Source of the DNA: Amoebophrya sp. A120
Taxonomy: Eukaryota > Protista > Dinoflagellata
NCBI GenBank assembly: GCA_905178155.1
Contig: CAJINV010000005.1
Coordinates: forward strand, 8,120,515 to 8,184,514
Direction of reading: 5' to 3'
DNA length: 64,000 nucleotides
The notes beneath the pieces are model-generated. The model did not search any database and was not told where the DNA came from. It saw only the letters and a list, made by a program, of their open reading frames with translations. Below, one piece after another: positions 12,588-25,250 of the stretch; the stretch's first letter is position 1; each line of letters opens with the position of its first letter. The position numbers were made by a program, and so were the translations under genes.

Positions 12588-13864
12588 CTTATCTGCGCGT
12601 GATGCGACTCCGTGAAATAAATTTTTGTTCGCTAATTTCAAAATGCAAACTATCTTCACTCGTGCTAGCGCTACCACCACCACCACACACGGTAATTAGT
12701 TTGTAATGTTATGTAGCTGATGCTGAAAGAGTTGTCTATGACATACATGCAAGACAAAAAGACACTGTAGTAGAACTGTACCTGTTGTAGCTGTTCTCAA
12801 AATATCAAATGCAAAAATGTCTGGGTCTGGAAACTTGTGACGCTGGGTGGCGTAACATTGTGAGGCCACAAGTGCTGGCTCAGCATGACAACTTCCTGAG
12901 CGTCTAGGTGTTGCCTATTCTGCATCACGAACTGCGTTTCTGCATGACAGAAAAGTGGGGCTCTTGGGTAACTTGCATGACAGATTCAAGAGTCGTGCCA
13001 GACAAGCATGACAAACATGCATTCTTCCAGACCCAGACATTTTTACACATGATACAAAAAACGCGAATTTGTTATCCTTCGGTCCGATTAAGTTCACATT
13101 GGTATGCATTGCAAATACCGATCTGGGTCAGGGAAGAATGCGAGATTTGTCATAGTAGTCTGGCATGACACTGAGCTCTGATGTACTATTGCGTGACCAG
13201 CAATAGCTCCTCTTTGATCTGTCATGCAGGAACGCTGTTTGTCATGCGAAAAACGCAACTACACAAGGCCACGGAAAATCAATCTGTCATGCTTGGTGGT
13301 GCATGACACCAGTGTGCTTTCTATTCTCTGGCATGCATCAGTACAAGTTTTCAGACGTCCAGGGATATTTGCAGTTGATACTTGGCGTTGAGACTCAAAT
13401 TCCCCAACTCAAACTTTGGCGTCGCAGAGGGTGCGGGTGCGGGGGCACTCTCGCTGTAGAAGGCGTAACTTGGCTTCGAGCCGGTAGTAACCGTGTTAAC
13501 CATGGACACCCCGCTCTGGTCTTCCACATCGGTCGTGGGGTCTTTGGTCTGATTTTGTTTTTATGCGTCTCTTGCATCACAAAGAAGACGTGTCATGCTG
13601 CGTCTGCTGTTCGAAGAGAAAACCATTATTTAACTAATCAAAACAGTCTAGATACTAAGACGTTAAATGTAAATCAAAACTATCAATCTATACCGCGTTC
13701 TTCTCGCCACCACCCCCCTGTAAGCTCGCCGTGTTTGCCGGAAAAAAGGAAAACTGCGGTGCGGGTAACGCGTAGGCCGTCGGTCTGGCGAGCTGCAGCA
13801 GAGGTTGTGGCGCCGCAGCGCTCGAGGACGAGCTCTGATTGTTTGGCGACGCCAAATTGAACAT
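12588..13864 (-). CDS. hypothetical low-complexity protein (ends approximate)
   Basis: exons TKDPTTDVED...LNAK|VNLIGPKDNKFAFF|ENSYNR join in frame across elements 13103-13380 and 12803-13054; flanking GT-AG introns inferred. Confidence 0.45.
12803..13054. mobile_element. introner-like element, family A
   Basis: family A TIR; DR caaaa. Confidence 0.9.
13103..13380. mobile_element. introner-like element, family A variant
   Basis: degenerate A TIR; DR attgg/cttgg. Confidence 0.83.
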
Positions 13865-16129
13865 TTTCGGCTTCTTTTTAGGTCCGATCGATGAACTAAG
13901 CAGCTCTACTCCTCGTCGCAAAAACAGCTGATATGGATCTTCATACCCGAAAGACCTCAACTCTAGTTGGAATTTCAATAATTTTCATCGCACTCTGTGT
14001 GAAAGAGCAAGGTGATACTGGAAACGCTCCATAGAGCTGGCTGAAGAAGCAAAGCTTCTGCTTCTTATCCGTCATTGCCAATCAGCGGTTTTAAAATCCG
14101 TGGTGCACGACACAACGCAACCAATGCCGACCACCGCAACTCCAACGGAGCACCTCCGTCGAACACCAGGCAAAAGCCGGAGATATCTTCTGGCAAATTG
14201 GGTTTGGAAACTCTCGCGACCTTGTTGGCTTCAGAGCCCGCGCAGGCGTAATGCTCAACGGCGCTTCTTCACCTTCGTCTTGCCAAAAAGCCACTCGCGT
14301 GGGCGGGGCGTGCCGGGAACCACGCCTGGTCTACGCCGCCTGTGATTGCCCTATGCACAGCTGCGGCCTGACTGGGAGGCGGCGCGATTCGCGAAATCAA
14401 GACTCGGCGCGCGTCGCCGCGCTTGCCCGGGAACGGGCTGCCCCAAAAAAAAGCCAAGGGCGGGAGCGCAGTGGCCTCGCCCGGGGGCGGCAGCAGCCTG
14501 CAGCCTGCCGCCCTGAAAGCGGCGGAGCGCCCCCCCACCCGCCCGGGGCCGGGCCAAGGGAGAGCGGGGGCGCGCGGCTAGCCTAGGGCTGGCCGGCCAT
14601 CTCGTGGCTGATGGTCGTGCTCTGCTCAAACGCGCCGCCCTTTACATGCGCGGGGATGGAATTGGCGGGCCAATCTTCGAACGCGGGGCGCCTGCGTAGC
14701 TGCATCCCCCAGCGCCCGCGGCGTCCTTGCGGTAGGGCCGGCCAAGTCCTGCCCCAAGAGCAGGAGGCGCCGGGCGCCTAGGCAGGGCCGCAGGAGTTCG
14801 CCGAGGCGTTCCCGGGGGGGCCGGGTTACCGGAGTGGCGGCCGCCTCGGCCGCCTGCGCCTTCCGCCGCATGGCGGCAGCGCCCAGTAGGCGGGGGGCGG
14901 GGAAAGGCAGAAAAGGCGGCGGCGCGGCGCTTCGCGAGTGGCGGCCTTTTTGTCATCCCGGCGCGCGGGGCCGCCTGCCTGTCCATGTTCTGGCCCCCGG
15001 ATATCGTGCCGCGAAACCGGGGGCGATGATGACGGCGCTGCCGGTGAAGATGAAGAAGGCGGACGCTGCGCGCCCCTCCGCCGGAGTTGGCGAAAAAGGT
15101 CCTGGATGAGGAGGCACCGAAGGGCGGGGCCTAATTTCCCAACCTGCGGCACGCCGGCGCCGACGTCTCGGCACGCTGCACCCTCGCGCCCCTACTTCTG
15201 CCGCACGTAGGAACATGCCCGGGAATTCACAGGCCATGGCGCAGCATCTCGCTCCGGCGCGTGCTGCGACTGCGAAAGTATTCCCGCGAGGCAACTTTCT
15301 CGGCCCCCCGCATGAAGGGCGGCGCGCCCTTTTTCCGAATGTGCTCGCCGCCGCCAATGCACTGGCGGACTTGTCTGCGCTGCTCCTGGCCGGCCTTCTG
15401 GACGACGGGCGGCAGAAAAGCACCGAAGTCGGGGCGCCCCCCTTTGCTTCTCCCAAGAGTATTCGCATTCGCCCGGATCGATCTTGCATCAATGTGGGCC
15501 CGCCCGGGCAGACGGACAAGCCTGGGAAGACGGAGCCGGGCGACGGCGCGGCCGTCTTGGCGGTCCGGCACTGGGCTAACTATCCAGCTCCGCCGCCCTC
15601 TCCAGCAGCTGCGCCCCTCTGGCCTCCGCGGGTTTCAACTTGCGCAAGACATGGGACCAGAAAAGGGCGGCGGCCTGGCAAGGCTGTTGCGCGAGCGAGC
15701 TGCCGCGCAGCCCGCCGCCTGGTGGGCGTCGGTATCGGCTGGGCCGGCCTGCCTGGGGCAAAACCGCGCCGGAGGTCCACCGGAGAGGTGTGGCCCATAA
15801 ACATGCGCACGCAGGCCGGCGGCCTCGGCCAGCTTGGAAGGGAAGGGCGGCCGCCCGCGCTTGGTTGCCCGGGCCCCGCGCGCAGCGGGCAGCGGCATGA
15901 CTGCAAGGACCAAAAAGCGCGCGGGCGCGCGCGCTTTTGCGCGCGCGGCGGCTCGGTCTCGCGCCTGGTATCATCAGCCAACTATAACAAAAACGCTTCG
16001 CCGCCATGCCGTCGTCACCTCCTTGGAAGGCCTTTGCCACGCACTGACTCCATTTCCGCGAAGAAACTTGAACACAAAATGAGAAGGACACAAAGAAGCG
16101 CAACTCAACTTCTCCTCAGTATCTAGTCC

Positions 16130-17670
16130 TTGAGGAGGCGGATGGTCCTCCTCGACTTGTTTATAATTCGTTTTGACTTTACTAACAGCGGAAAATTATC
16201 AATCAACTATGCGCAACTCCCTCAGGCCACAGTGCTGCGCTTCGCGTTCATCGAAATCAACAGTAACTACACGAAAAACTCTTCAATTAAACATCTTCGA
16301 AAAGCAGGCCGTGAACGCGTTTTTGTTCTTCGGTTTTTTCCTCTTCTGAATCCGCGGGTCTTGTTGCTCCGGCAGACCCCGAACTTTCACGAAGGTAGGA
16401 ACGCCTGGATGAAGATTTTATTCATTTTGTTCATTTTGTCATCATGCTAGAATGAACCCGCAATACAGAAGGACGAGCCCCTTGTCATGCGAAACCAAGC
16501 ATTTCATATAGAACAACAAAACCGATGAAATAACTCTTACGATTGGGATCCTCGTTTTCCTCCTCTTCCTCCGCCTCGTCCGGACTTCCGACAAATCCCA
16601 AAGGCGTCCCTGCGTTCGCGAAGAACTGATCGCGATTGTAGTCCCGCTGGTTGTTAGAAGAGTAGTCGTTAAACTGATTCTCATTTGTTCCACCACAACC
16701 AACATCCGCAGTAGTATCGTTGTTTCCGGTAATTTATCAAATGTAAAAATGTCTGGGTCTGGAAGAATGCAATATTTGTGATGCAGTTTTTCCATGACCC
16801 ATGAGGCCTGGAATGCAGCACCTAGCACGACAAACGCTGTGAGGTGTCTATCATGCCTATTCTGCATGAGAAACTCCCTGTCAAACTGTTCAAAAGTGGA
16901 CATCTTTTGGTCATCACGCAACACAGATTTTTGCATGCTTCAGATTTAATAGCATAACAAGTTGCATTCTTCCAGACCCAGACATTTTCACATTTGATAT
17001 AATTTGGTTGTACATGTGGTGGAATTGCGTCGCCAGCGGATTCGCGAAGAGAAAAGAACCGGATTGATTTTCCACCCCGTCATTTTGGTTCAACACCGGC
17101 GTACTCGGAGCGGTGAGATTATTTCCCCCCTCACCGACCGCCGAATTTTTCGGTTTTGCCTGCACGTAGAAATAATCGGTGATGGAGGTGGCTACCGCGC
17201 CGACCGCCGTGGTAGTCGATTCTGGCGGGTCTTGTTCTGAAACTGGGGGCTTGGTGTTCTGTTTCTCCGTGGGGAAAAACGAGCTAGAAGTTTTTATCGC
17301 AAGAAAAAACTGCTTCACTGTGAACTTGTGGTGCAGAAAATGGAACACAAGACTATTTGTCTTGCTCCAGCTGCAAGACATTGGATTTTCAAGCGTGTTT
17401 TTCCTTGGGAAGCGCGCATGACAAATTTTCAGTGTCATGTGTAACAAACTTGTGATGCAGATCTTGCAAAATCATCACAGAGAAACAGTTTTTTCGTGGG
17501 ATAGTTGTAGACGAGGGTGCAATACTAAACGCGGCTGCTGGAGTGCCTGCCACTGACGTTTGACTTGCTGGCGCAGCCGCGCTGTTGTGAATTTCAAAAG
17601 ATTTTTTTTCTTATTATCTTGCACAAATTAATACTTATTCCGGACGCATACTAAGTAAACCGATTGCATG
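16130..17670 (-). CDS. hypothetical Ser/Thr/Asn-rich protein (ends approximate)
   Basis: in-frame joins PSST|TSSSFF and YNQI|TGNNDT across elements 17295-17503 and 16735-16999; GT donor near 16540. Confidence 0.45.
16735..16999. mobile_element. introner-like element, family A
   Basis: family A TIR; DR taatt. Confidence 0.9.
17295..17503. mobile_element. introner-like element, family D
   Basis: TIR tatcgcaagaaaaaactg / cagttttttcgtgggata; DR gtttt/gttgt. Confidence 0.86.
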
Positions 17671-17869
17671 GTAGAGGTGTTGGTGGTGTTGGTGGTGGTG
17701 GTGGCTGTGCCATATTAAAACTAAAACTAACACTTTTTCCGACCTAAACCAACGAAAGAACTCCGAGTTGTTCGTGTGACCTGGAGAGTTCTTCTTGCAG
17801 CGATGCCTCAAATTCGATTTGTCTTGCAGTTGATCTTGGTTTATCTTCACAATGAAAGGGACGATCATT

Positions 17870-19492
17870 CTAATTCCCCCGCTCCCGTAGCCACGCACCA
17901 TAGCTCTTTGGCCATTCGATTTTTACAAACCCGCCCTGCTCATCACGGTGGACGATGATTTTGTCATCCGGCTTCACTGCCTCTTCCAGAAACTGCAAGA
18001 CCATCTTGCCCACGTGTTTCATGGGAAGCTGCACCTCCTCAAAGTCGTCGGTCGTTACCACGATGCAGCCGTTTTCCCGATCTGTATCACACGAAAAAAG
18101 TGTTAAAAGTTACACATTTGTTGTCAATTGATTCAGCAGCACAAATTTCTCATCTGCATGAGAGGGAAACAAACCTGCATTGCAGAAATCCCACGAAATA
18201 AAAGCACGTATGAAACAAGGCTCGTCCCGTGCATATCCGGCATAATAGAGCTTATCTGTCATGCCACGCCTGCAACGCAATGTGTAGCTGTAACACTTTT
18301 TTCTTGCGATAATCTGCGTAGCTGAAGTAGTAGCCCGTCTTCGACAATTTTTATCCTGTGCAAAAGTATCGTACTCGTAGTAATTGCAGTCATGCATTAC
18401 AAGTCCTCTTCTTTAGGTAAATCCGCATTACAAATTTCATTTCTCATGCTGAGAAAATTTGTAATGCATTTATACGAGTACGATACTTTTGCAATGCATA
18501 ATTTTACCACCCGCACGACGTCCTCGCAAAAGTACTTGCTGTAACCCCCCGCCCATGCATTGCAAAAGTACCGCACTCTGTTACTAATTGCAAATAGGCA
18601 TGACAAATGTTTTTTCTCAAGCTAAAACAGCATTGTAAATTTCATTTGTAATGCTGATCTGATTTGTAATGCAATTTATACTAGTACGATGCTTTTGCAT
18701 TTGATACCGCCCGGTCCGCCCCGGTGATTTTCTTGTAGTCTACCTTGTAGTGAACCTGGTAGCGTTATCCAGTGCAAATACATCTGGGTCTGGAAACTTG
18801 TGATGCTGAACTGTGGATGCCTGAATTACTTCCCAACGCACCCCAAGCATGACAAGTTTGCCGAAACACCTTTCTCATAGGCGGCCCCCATGAGAGACTG
18901 CGCTTTTGTATGACAGAAGGGGGCGTCTTTATCTTGTTAGTCCTGCAATACAGATTTTACAGGAGTGTAGGATTCGCACTACAAGCTCCAAGTTTCCAGA
19001 CCCAGACATATGTACATTTAATAAGCGTCCCTTCTTGTACGGTTCCCACCGGACACACAGCCGCAAATCCGGGTCGTTGCCCTCCTGGTAAATCATTCCC
19101 GCACGGAGATCCACCGCTTTCGTTTTCGTGCCCATCTGCGCTTCGAGCATTCGCGGGCAGGTTCGCGTGAAAAAGGTGCGACGATTTGGGAGGTGGCGCT
19201 GGAGGAAGGTAGTAGATCCAGGTGCGCAGTGGTTTTCGTTGATACGCCGGGGCAGGAAAAAGCTGCTGCTGCTTCCATGGCCTGAAAGCGACGTGCTGAT
19301 CGGACGCGAGCTGTTGCCGTAGTAGGGTGCCACATCCGCGGTGACAAGAACACGCGCGCGTGTAACCACGTATGGCTGCCGGCCTTGCTGCGCGACGAGC
19401 GCCGGCCCTCCGAGGCGTACCGACCCAAAAGCAGCTGCTGCACTCCGGGAAGCAATTGCTTCCGGCCGGAGTGCAAACCGAAGCGACGCCAT
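17870..19492 (-). CDS. elongation factor P-like protein with a long Ala/Arg/Ser-rich organellar (mitochondrial-type) leader
   Basis: spliced product AVDLRAGMIYQEGNDPDLRLCVRWEPYKKGRYQVHYKVDYKKITG...YYFSYADRENGCIVVTTDDFEEVQLP...FLEEAVKPDDKIIVHRDEQGGFVKIEWP resembles EF-P domains I-II by eye; four elements removed in frame. Confidence 0.6.
18085..18311. mobile_element. introner-like element, family D
   Basis: family D TIR; DR atctg. Confidence 0.87.
18352..18500. mobile_element. introner-like element, family E
   Basis: family E TIR; DR atttt. Confidence 0.9.
18554..18706. mobile_element. introner-like element, family E
   Basis: family E TIR (CAT start); DR ccgcc. Confidence 0.86.
18766..19023. 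mobile_element. introner-like element, family A
   Basis: family A TIR; DR agcgt. Confidence 0.88.
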
Positions 19493-21259
19493 TTGGTGTT
19501 ATTGGTGCAAGGTTTCTTCCTACCTGCTGTCTTTTCTTTTTATCGGATCATTCTCGCGCGGCGCCGCTGAAGCACCGGAGTTTTTTGGTCCTCAACCCCT
19601 CGAATTTTCTCTCGTCTGACGGTGCTGATTCTGTGACAGTATAATTGAATGCTGGCGCTATAGTACTACTTGCAAGTACCTAAATAAATGCGACGTTGAA
19701 ATCTCAGCCCTTGTTGGTGAGAAAAGGGGCAGCGTCTCCTCCACGGAAACATATTTATGAACACCCAGCTAAAACCATGCGCCGAAAACGAAGCACTACA
19801 CCCGTGCCGCGGGCTGCAGAGACACAAGGAAAGACAAAAAGCAGAACCACGATGAGGGCGACTTATTGAAAAACCACAGTTCAGGAGTTACGCGCGAAAC
19901 CATGATCATGTGCGGAAGTTTTTTTATGCCTGTTAGTATATGGATCTCGATGGTAAGAGTCTGAACTATCCGTTGATGAGTAAAGTAATATTTCAGGATC
20001 TAGAGGCTGTTGCCCCTTTTCCGTTTGAAAGCAAAAGCGGGTGAAAACAAATAATTCATCATTTGTAAACCACAAAGCACTATGTGGGGCGGGGGGGAAG
20101 AAAGAAAACCAGAACGCTACTATTTCCAGGTGTCTGCTGGGGACAAAAGTTGTAACCACAAGTGGGATGCCTACCTGCGCTTTCATCGATGCAACAAATG
20201 CACTATCACAGGCCGCGGCAGGGGTAGTTGTGCCTTCGATTTTTTAACGCCAATAATATTTTCCTCTTGCTTTGAAAATAATCTTCAGAGCATGACATAT
20301 CCGTGCGAAAAGGTTTTCTACAACAGCAAAACTTCTGAAATGATCCGTGTACTAAATCCTTGTGATGTTGTGACCAAAAAAATCTTGATTTTCATCCGTT
20401 GAGGAGCGGAGCCACTCTTTCGATTCGCAAAAGAGTCCTCAACTACTTCGAGTGTATTTACATACAGTGATATTTTTGATTTTGACCAACATGTTTTCGA
20501 AAATAAATCAGGAGATGAATACCGAGCAGTAAAAGAACCTAGGAATACAGTAAAATTGTATTATTCTACTAAATTCTTCAAATTCGTCTAGATTTACTTC
20601 GAAAACTTGAGATTTGAGATTTTTTAAGTTGCCTAGCGCGCGCGGTTGACCACGATAAAAAACGTGGTCCCAAAGTGAGATTTCTAAGTTAAAAGTTGCC
20701 GTGGCGTAATGACCGACTAACACTTTTGACGTCTGTCCGTCGGCCGAAATAATTTAAAGAGAGATAAGATTAACAGTTGTTTAAACCAGCCTCGCGGATA
20801 TTGGAACGATGCCTTTTGTTGCGAGAAAAAAACAGTTTCCAATATCAGCGGAGACTGTAGTAGCGAGACGATCCTGAAGTACTGTGATTTGCTTATTTCA
20901 AAAAAAAACCGTGCGGCTTGAAGAGGACGAGCGCGAGATTACAAACGGGTAGGACAAAAAACGAAGGAAAAGGTATTGTACGGTGTAGAAATAATAGGTA
21001 AAATTTGGTGGGTGAAACGGTTCTCAAAATTATTGTTCAGAATACTCTATATTACAGGTGTGGTGGCAAGAAGTACTGCGACTGCCGTTTGAAAAAGTCT
21101 TTGTTAATAACTGATGGCACGGCATACGGTAAAAATAGCTGATTCAAAAAATCCTCCAAACTTTGATGCTACATGTGTCAAGAGTTTGTTGTTTCCGTGT
21201 GGAGGTAGTTCTTGTAGCGAGAGAAATACAGAGAGATAAAACTACCTGTTTATACTCAT

Positions 21260-24200
21260 TTAAAACACGCTTCCGTCACTTCTGATCTTGATCGGGGGTC
21301 CACCAGATTCCGGTCGCAATTTCTTCGCGATCACCCGGCCCGCACGCCAGGTACCCCCCTCCAGCGCCTGCGCGACGGTGTCAATGTGTCCCTTTCGCTT
21401 TTCCATCAGCTTCTTCGCGATCATGTCAATCAACACAATCGTCAACGCGCGCCACTCGACGACTAATTCCGACCCGACGGAGTGTATCCCGTGCAAAAGT
21501 TGTATCGCACTCGTAGTAATTATCGCAATTATGCATGCGAAACCTGGTTTCCTTACTGATTCACCATGACAAATTCCATGTGTCATGCTGAGAAAATTTG
21601 TCATGCGATTACCACTAGTACGACTACACTGTTGCAATTCATAGAGTGCTCCGCCTGGTGATTCTCCGGATTCCGCAAGCGGATCAGGCCGGAATCCACT
21701 AACAACCCGCCATTTCGGTACTCCGCCAACCCCGTCATCTTCAGATTTTCCGGATTTTGGATTTTCTCCAACCCAAACCCGGTCTCAATGACCTCGATCA
21801 CGGAGTAGAGCAGCCACTGCGTCAGTTTGTGAAAGGACACGAGGTCGGACCCGGGGAGGCCCGGTTTCATATCAAACAAAAAAAAGTTCGTCACGCTCAC
21901 TCAACATGCGCATTTTTGCAATACAAAACTGTCTGTCATGCGTAAAAATGCATCACAGCCAAACTTCATAAGGGATTTCCCTGGTGTTTTTACAATACAA
22001 GAAAAACCTGTGATGCTGGAAAAATTTCTCATGCAAAACCTGCAAGTTAGTGACTGTGACAAACTTTGTTCTTTCCATATTTCACGAGTTTGCTGTAGTG
22101 CCAGATATCCCCCGTCTGGATCCCGGACGCGTGCTTCGGCCAGATCGGCTCAATCCCGTGGGCGACGCACTGCCACAGGCTGGAGAGGGTGATGTTTTTC
22201 GGATCTTTCTCCTTCGCTTGTTTGAGCACATAGTCGTATCAAATGCAAATATGTCTGGGTCTGGAAGTAGATTGCCAGGTCTGTCATGCATATGTTGCAT
22301 GGCCCGCCATGCCTGTAGTGCATGACTTTGCATCACAGATTTTTGGAAGGCTTCCTGATGCCTATTCCGCATGACAAACGCCCTCCCCGTGTAGCACAAT
22401 CTGGGCTCCTGTTGCTGGTCATGCAATACAGATTTTTTTAGAATCCAAAGATAGCATGACAGGTTTGGATCCTCATCCTTCCAGGCATCCAGGGATATTT
22501 GCAATGCATAAGTCGACGAGATTTCCCGGCCGGGGGAGTTCACTACCGAAAAATTATCAAGAAGGAAAATCCCCCCTCCCCATATCAAAACGGAAATCTG
22601 TGATGCAGATTTGTGGTCACAAATCAGCTTTGTCATGCTAGAAGGAAAGACGTGCGGAGTGTAGTGCCGGCTGGCGTCGGAAAGCCTTGCGCCTTCAGCA
22701 CGACAGAGAGCAACTGGAAGTGGGAAATAGCATGACAGATTGCCTACAAACGAGGCCACAACTGCGGCCCTTGGCTTTCTGGCATTACAAGTCGATTTGT
22801 GTACTCAAATACAGCATGACAAATTTCGTTTTTGATATGGGGAGGGGGGATTTTTCCTCACAATAAAAATTTCGGGTTCTTCTCCAGCGCTTCACCTTTG
22901 ATAGAAGTTTGTTTCAGAAAGATAACTGATAAAGATGGCGCGAACTGATGCCTCTTGTGAACAACAAAAAATCTCAGTATTGGCATAGCAAAATTTGTCA
23001 TGCAAAAACTCAAACAGTAGATCTAGTTCTATTGCTAAACCACTACGCAGCTGTATCAATTCTATACCTAATTTGTTCAGCAACGCCAATCTCCCTTTCA
23101 CCGCCAACAATTTGTTTGACGTGGAAATTTGGAACCCCTTGGTCAAGTCCTTCTCTGTCAACTGCTTCAAGGCAAGCGAATTGACACGGTACGGCAACGC
23201 TTTGTATCCCACGAAAATAAAACTGCTTCACTGTGATGCTCTTTGTTTTTCAAGATCTGCATCACAAGTTTGTTACGCATGGCACTGAAAATTTGTCACG
23301 CGCGCACTTCCCATAGGGAAAAACACACTTGAAACTCCAATGCTCTATGCAGGTGTAGCAAGACAAATAGTTCCATGTTGCATTTTCTGCATCACAAGTT
23401 CAGAGTGAAGCCGTTTTATTCTCTTGCGATACTTTGTCAGAGGAGAACAACCCGTCCGCGAACATGTCCATCGAAGCGACCGCAAGTATTCTGAGCAAAA
23501 GTATCGCACTCGTAGGAATCGCAATCATGCATTACAAATCTCCATCCCAAGGCTAAACAGCATGACAAATTCCATTTCTCATGCTGAGAAAATTTGTAAT
23601 GCAATTACTACTAGTGCGATGCTTTTGCAATTCGTAGCAAGCCCCTCGGAACTAGTGATGATCTTCCCCTCGCTCATGTACTTCCAGTCGGGGCCCGCAC
23701 CGGCATCGACTAACACGGACACGAAGACTATCATTTGTAGAAACGTCCCCACCCCAGAGTTGTAATGCAAATTTGCATGCCGAGAATGTTTCTCATGCAG
23801 AGAACCATGAGAAGCAGTCTCTATTGGTGTTTTGCGATTTGTGATGCTCAAATCCGTATGGTGTGCTAGATCTGTGATGCTGCTGCACTAGCTAAACACG
23901 ACTACACTACGAGCCCAAGTTTGTCATGCGCAACAGCCAAAGCTGGTTGATTTGTGTAGCAGGTTTGCCATCTTGACTCTGAGCTGGGGACGTTTTTGCT
24001 CACCATAAAGACCAAATCGATGATTCTCTTCGTCTTTTCAACCGCGTCTAACTGCTGAAATCCGTCAGACTCGACCCACTCCTGGAACTTCGGCAGGTTC
24101 TCGAGGTGGCGCATCTGAGGTGGATGTGTTTTTAGCTTGTTGTTTTCCTACTTGTGCGGGCCGGGAGGAAGAGGAAGATGTTTGTCACAGTACTATCCTG

Positions 24201-25250
24201 TGCCTGTTCAGTTGGGCGGCGCGGCAAACGCGGTGCAAGAAGTTGCACTTCTGGCTCGCGGATAATTTTCAACATATTTTCGCGGATTATTTTCACTGTA
24301 CCGATCGCGGCGTCAGTGACCGCGGCGTGCGGGGCGCCGGCGCGGGCGGGCTTGTAGAAAAAAAGCGCGATGAGTTCTAGACAAGCGCGTCCTAGTACTC
24401 GGACGGCGCGGGCGCGATGGATACAAAGCCTGTGTAGCAAGACATTCGGTCCAAGAACGACAAATCAAATCAGATGCTCACAAACAACTTCTCGATGTAA
24501 CATTATGGCCGAACCTCTTTCTAAAGTACAGCACGATCATAGAAATAAACCTACCCTGGAGTGCGGCGGAATCTTTTTTCCGTCCGGTATCCAATAAAAA
24601 AAATGTGTGAGTGTAACTTCTTTGCAGGAACAGCATCACAGATTTGTTTTGCATGACAGAAAACTTGTCATGCGTAGCTGGTACGCGTACGCTAGTGCTA
24701 AAACACGTACTAAAATAGCCTATGATGCATATCCGGCATGACAAGTGTAACTGTATTGCAACATCTGCAAGACAAACTTACACTTACACAGTTTTTTTCT
24801 TGCATATTCGGGTAGTGCTCCTCGATCACTTGGTCCACGAAATTGACGCAGTCATCCAGCTATGCATTGCAAATATGTCATGGTCTGGAAGATTGCCAGG
24901 TTTGTCATGCATATTTTGCATGACCCAATATTGTCTGTGATGCATGCCCTAGCATCACAGATTTTTAGAACCCTTCCTGATGCCTATCGCGCATGGCAAA
25001 TGCTCTCCCCGCGACGTAGCACAAACTGGACTTCTATAATTGCTGGTCATGCAAGACAGATTCTTTTAGAATCCAAAGACCGCATCACAAGTTGCAACCT
25101 CCCAGAGGACCCAGACGTATTTGCAGTTGATACCAACTTGTCCAAATGCAGCGTGAAGTGGTCCAGCTTGTCCTTCTTGCCCAGCTCAAACACCTGGCTG
25201 CACTGCTTGGTAATGTGCGGTAAGGTCAAGCACTCGAGAGCGACCTGATC
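21260..25250 (-). CDS. URC4: URC4/Urg3 (DUF1688) domain, C-terminal half of a URC1-URC4 fusion protein
   Basis: motifs IPPHSRMRH, SVLVDAGAGPDWKY, SEGLAVASMDMF, RPGNLVDY, FHKLTQWLLYS, TGLAEYRNGGLLVD, VVEWRALT, LEGGTWRAG, PPIKIRSDGSVF. Confidence 0.9.
21485..21643. mobile_element. introner-like element, family E
   Basis: family E TIR; DR gagtg. Confidence 0.88.
21870..22079. mobile_element. introner-like element, family H
   Basis: TIR tatcaaacaaaaaaaagttcgtcacgctcact / agtgactgtgacaaactttgttctttccata; DR tttca. Confidence 0.85.
22237..22510. mobile_element. introner-like element, family A
   Basis: family A TIR; DR agtcg. Confidence 0.88.
22555..22865. mobile_element. introner-like element, family C
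   Basis: family C TIR; DR aaaat. Confidence 0.9.
23205..23431. mobile_element. introner-like element, family D
   Basis: family D TIR; DR ctttg. Confidence 0.87.
23487..23636. mobile_element. introner-like element, family E
   Basis: family E TIR; DR gcaag. Confidence 0.87.
23729..24007. mobile_element. introner-like element, family B
   Basis: family B TIR; DR aagac. Confidence 0.88.
24588..24806. mobile_element. introner-like element, family D
   Basis: family D TIR; DR tccgg/ttcgg. Confidence 0.86.
24861..25132. mobile_element. introner-like element, family A
   Basis: family A TIR; DR ccagc/ccaac. Confidence 0.87.

Noticed and set aside
14251-16126. Stack of overlapping Arg/Ala/Pro-rich ORFs including 303 aa
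   Set aside because: Open in most frames because of GC content; no motifs and no introners, unlike real genes here
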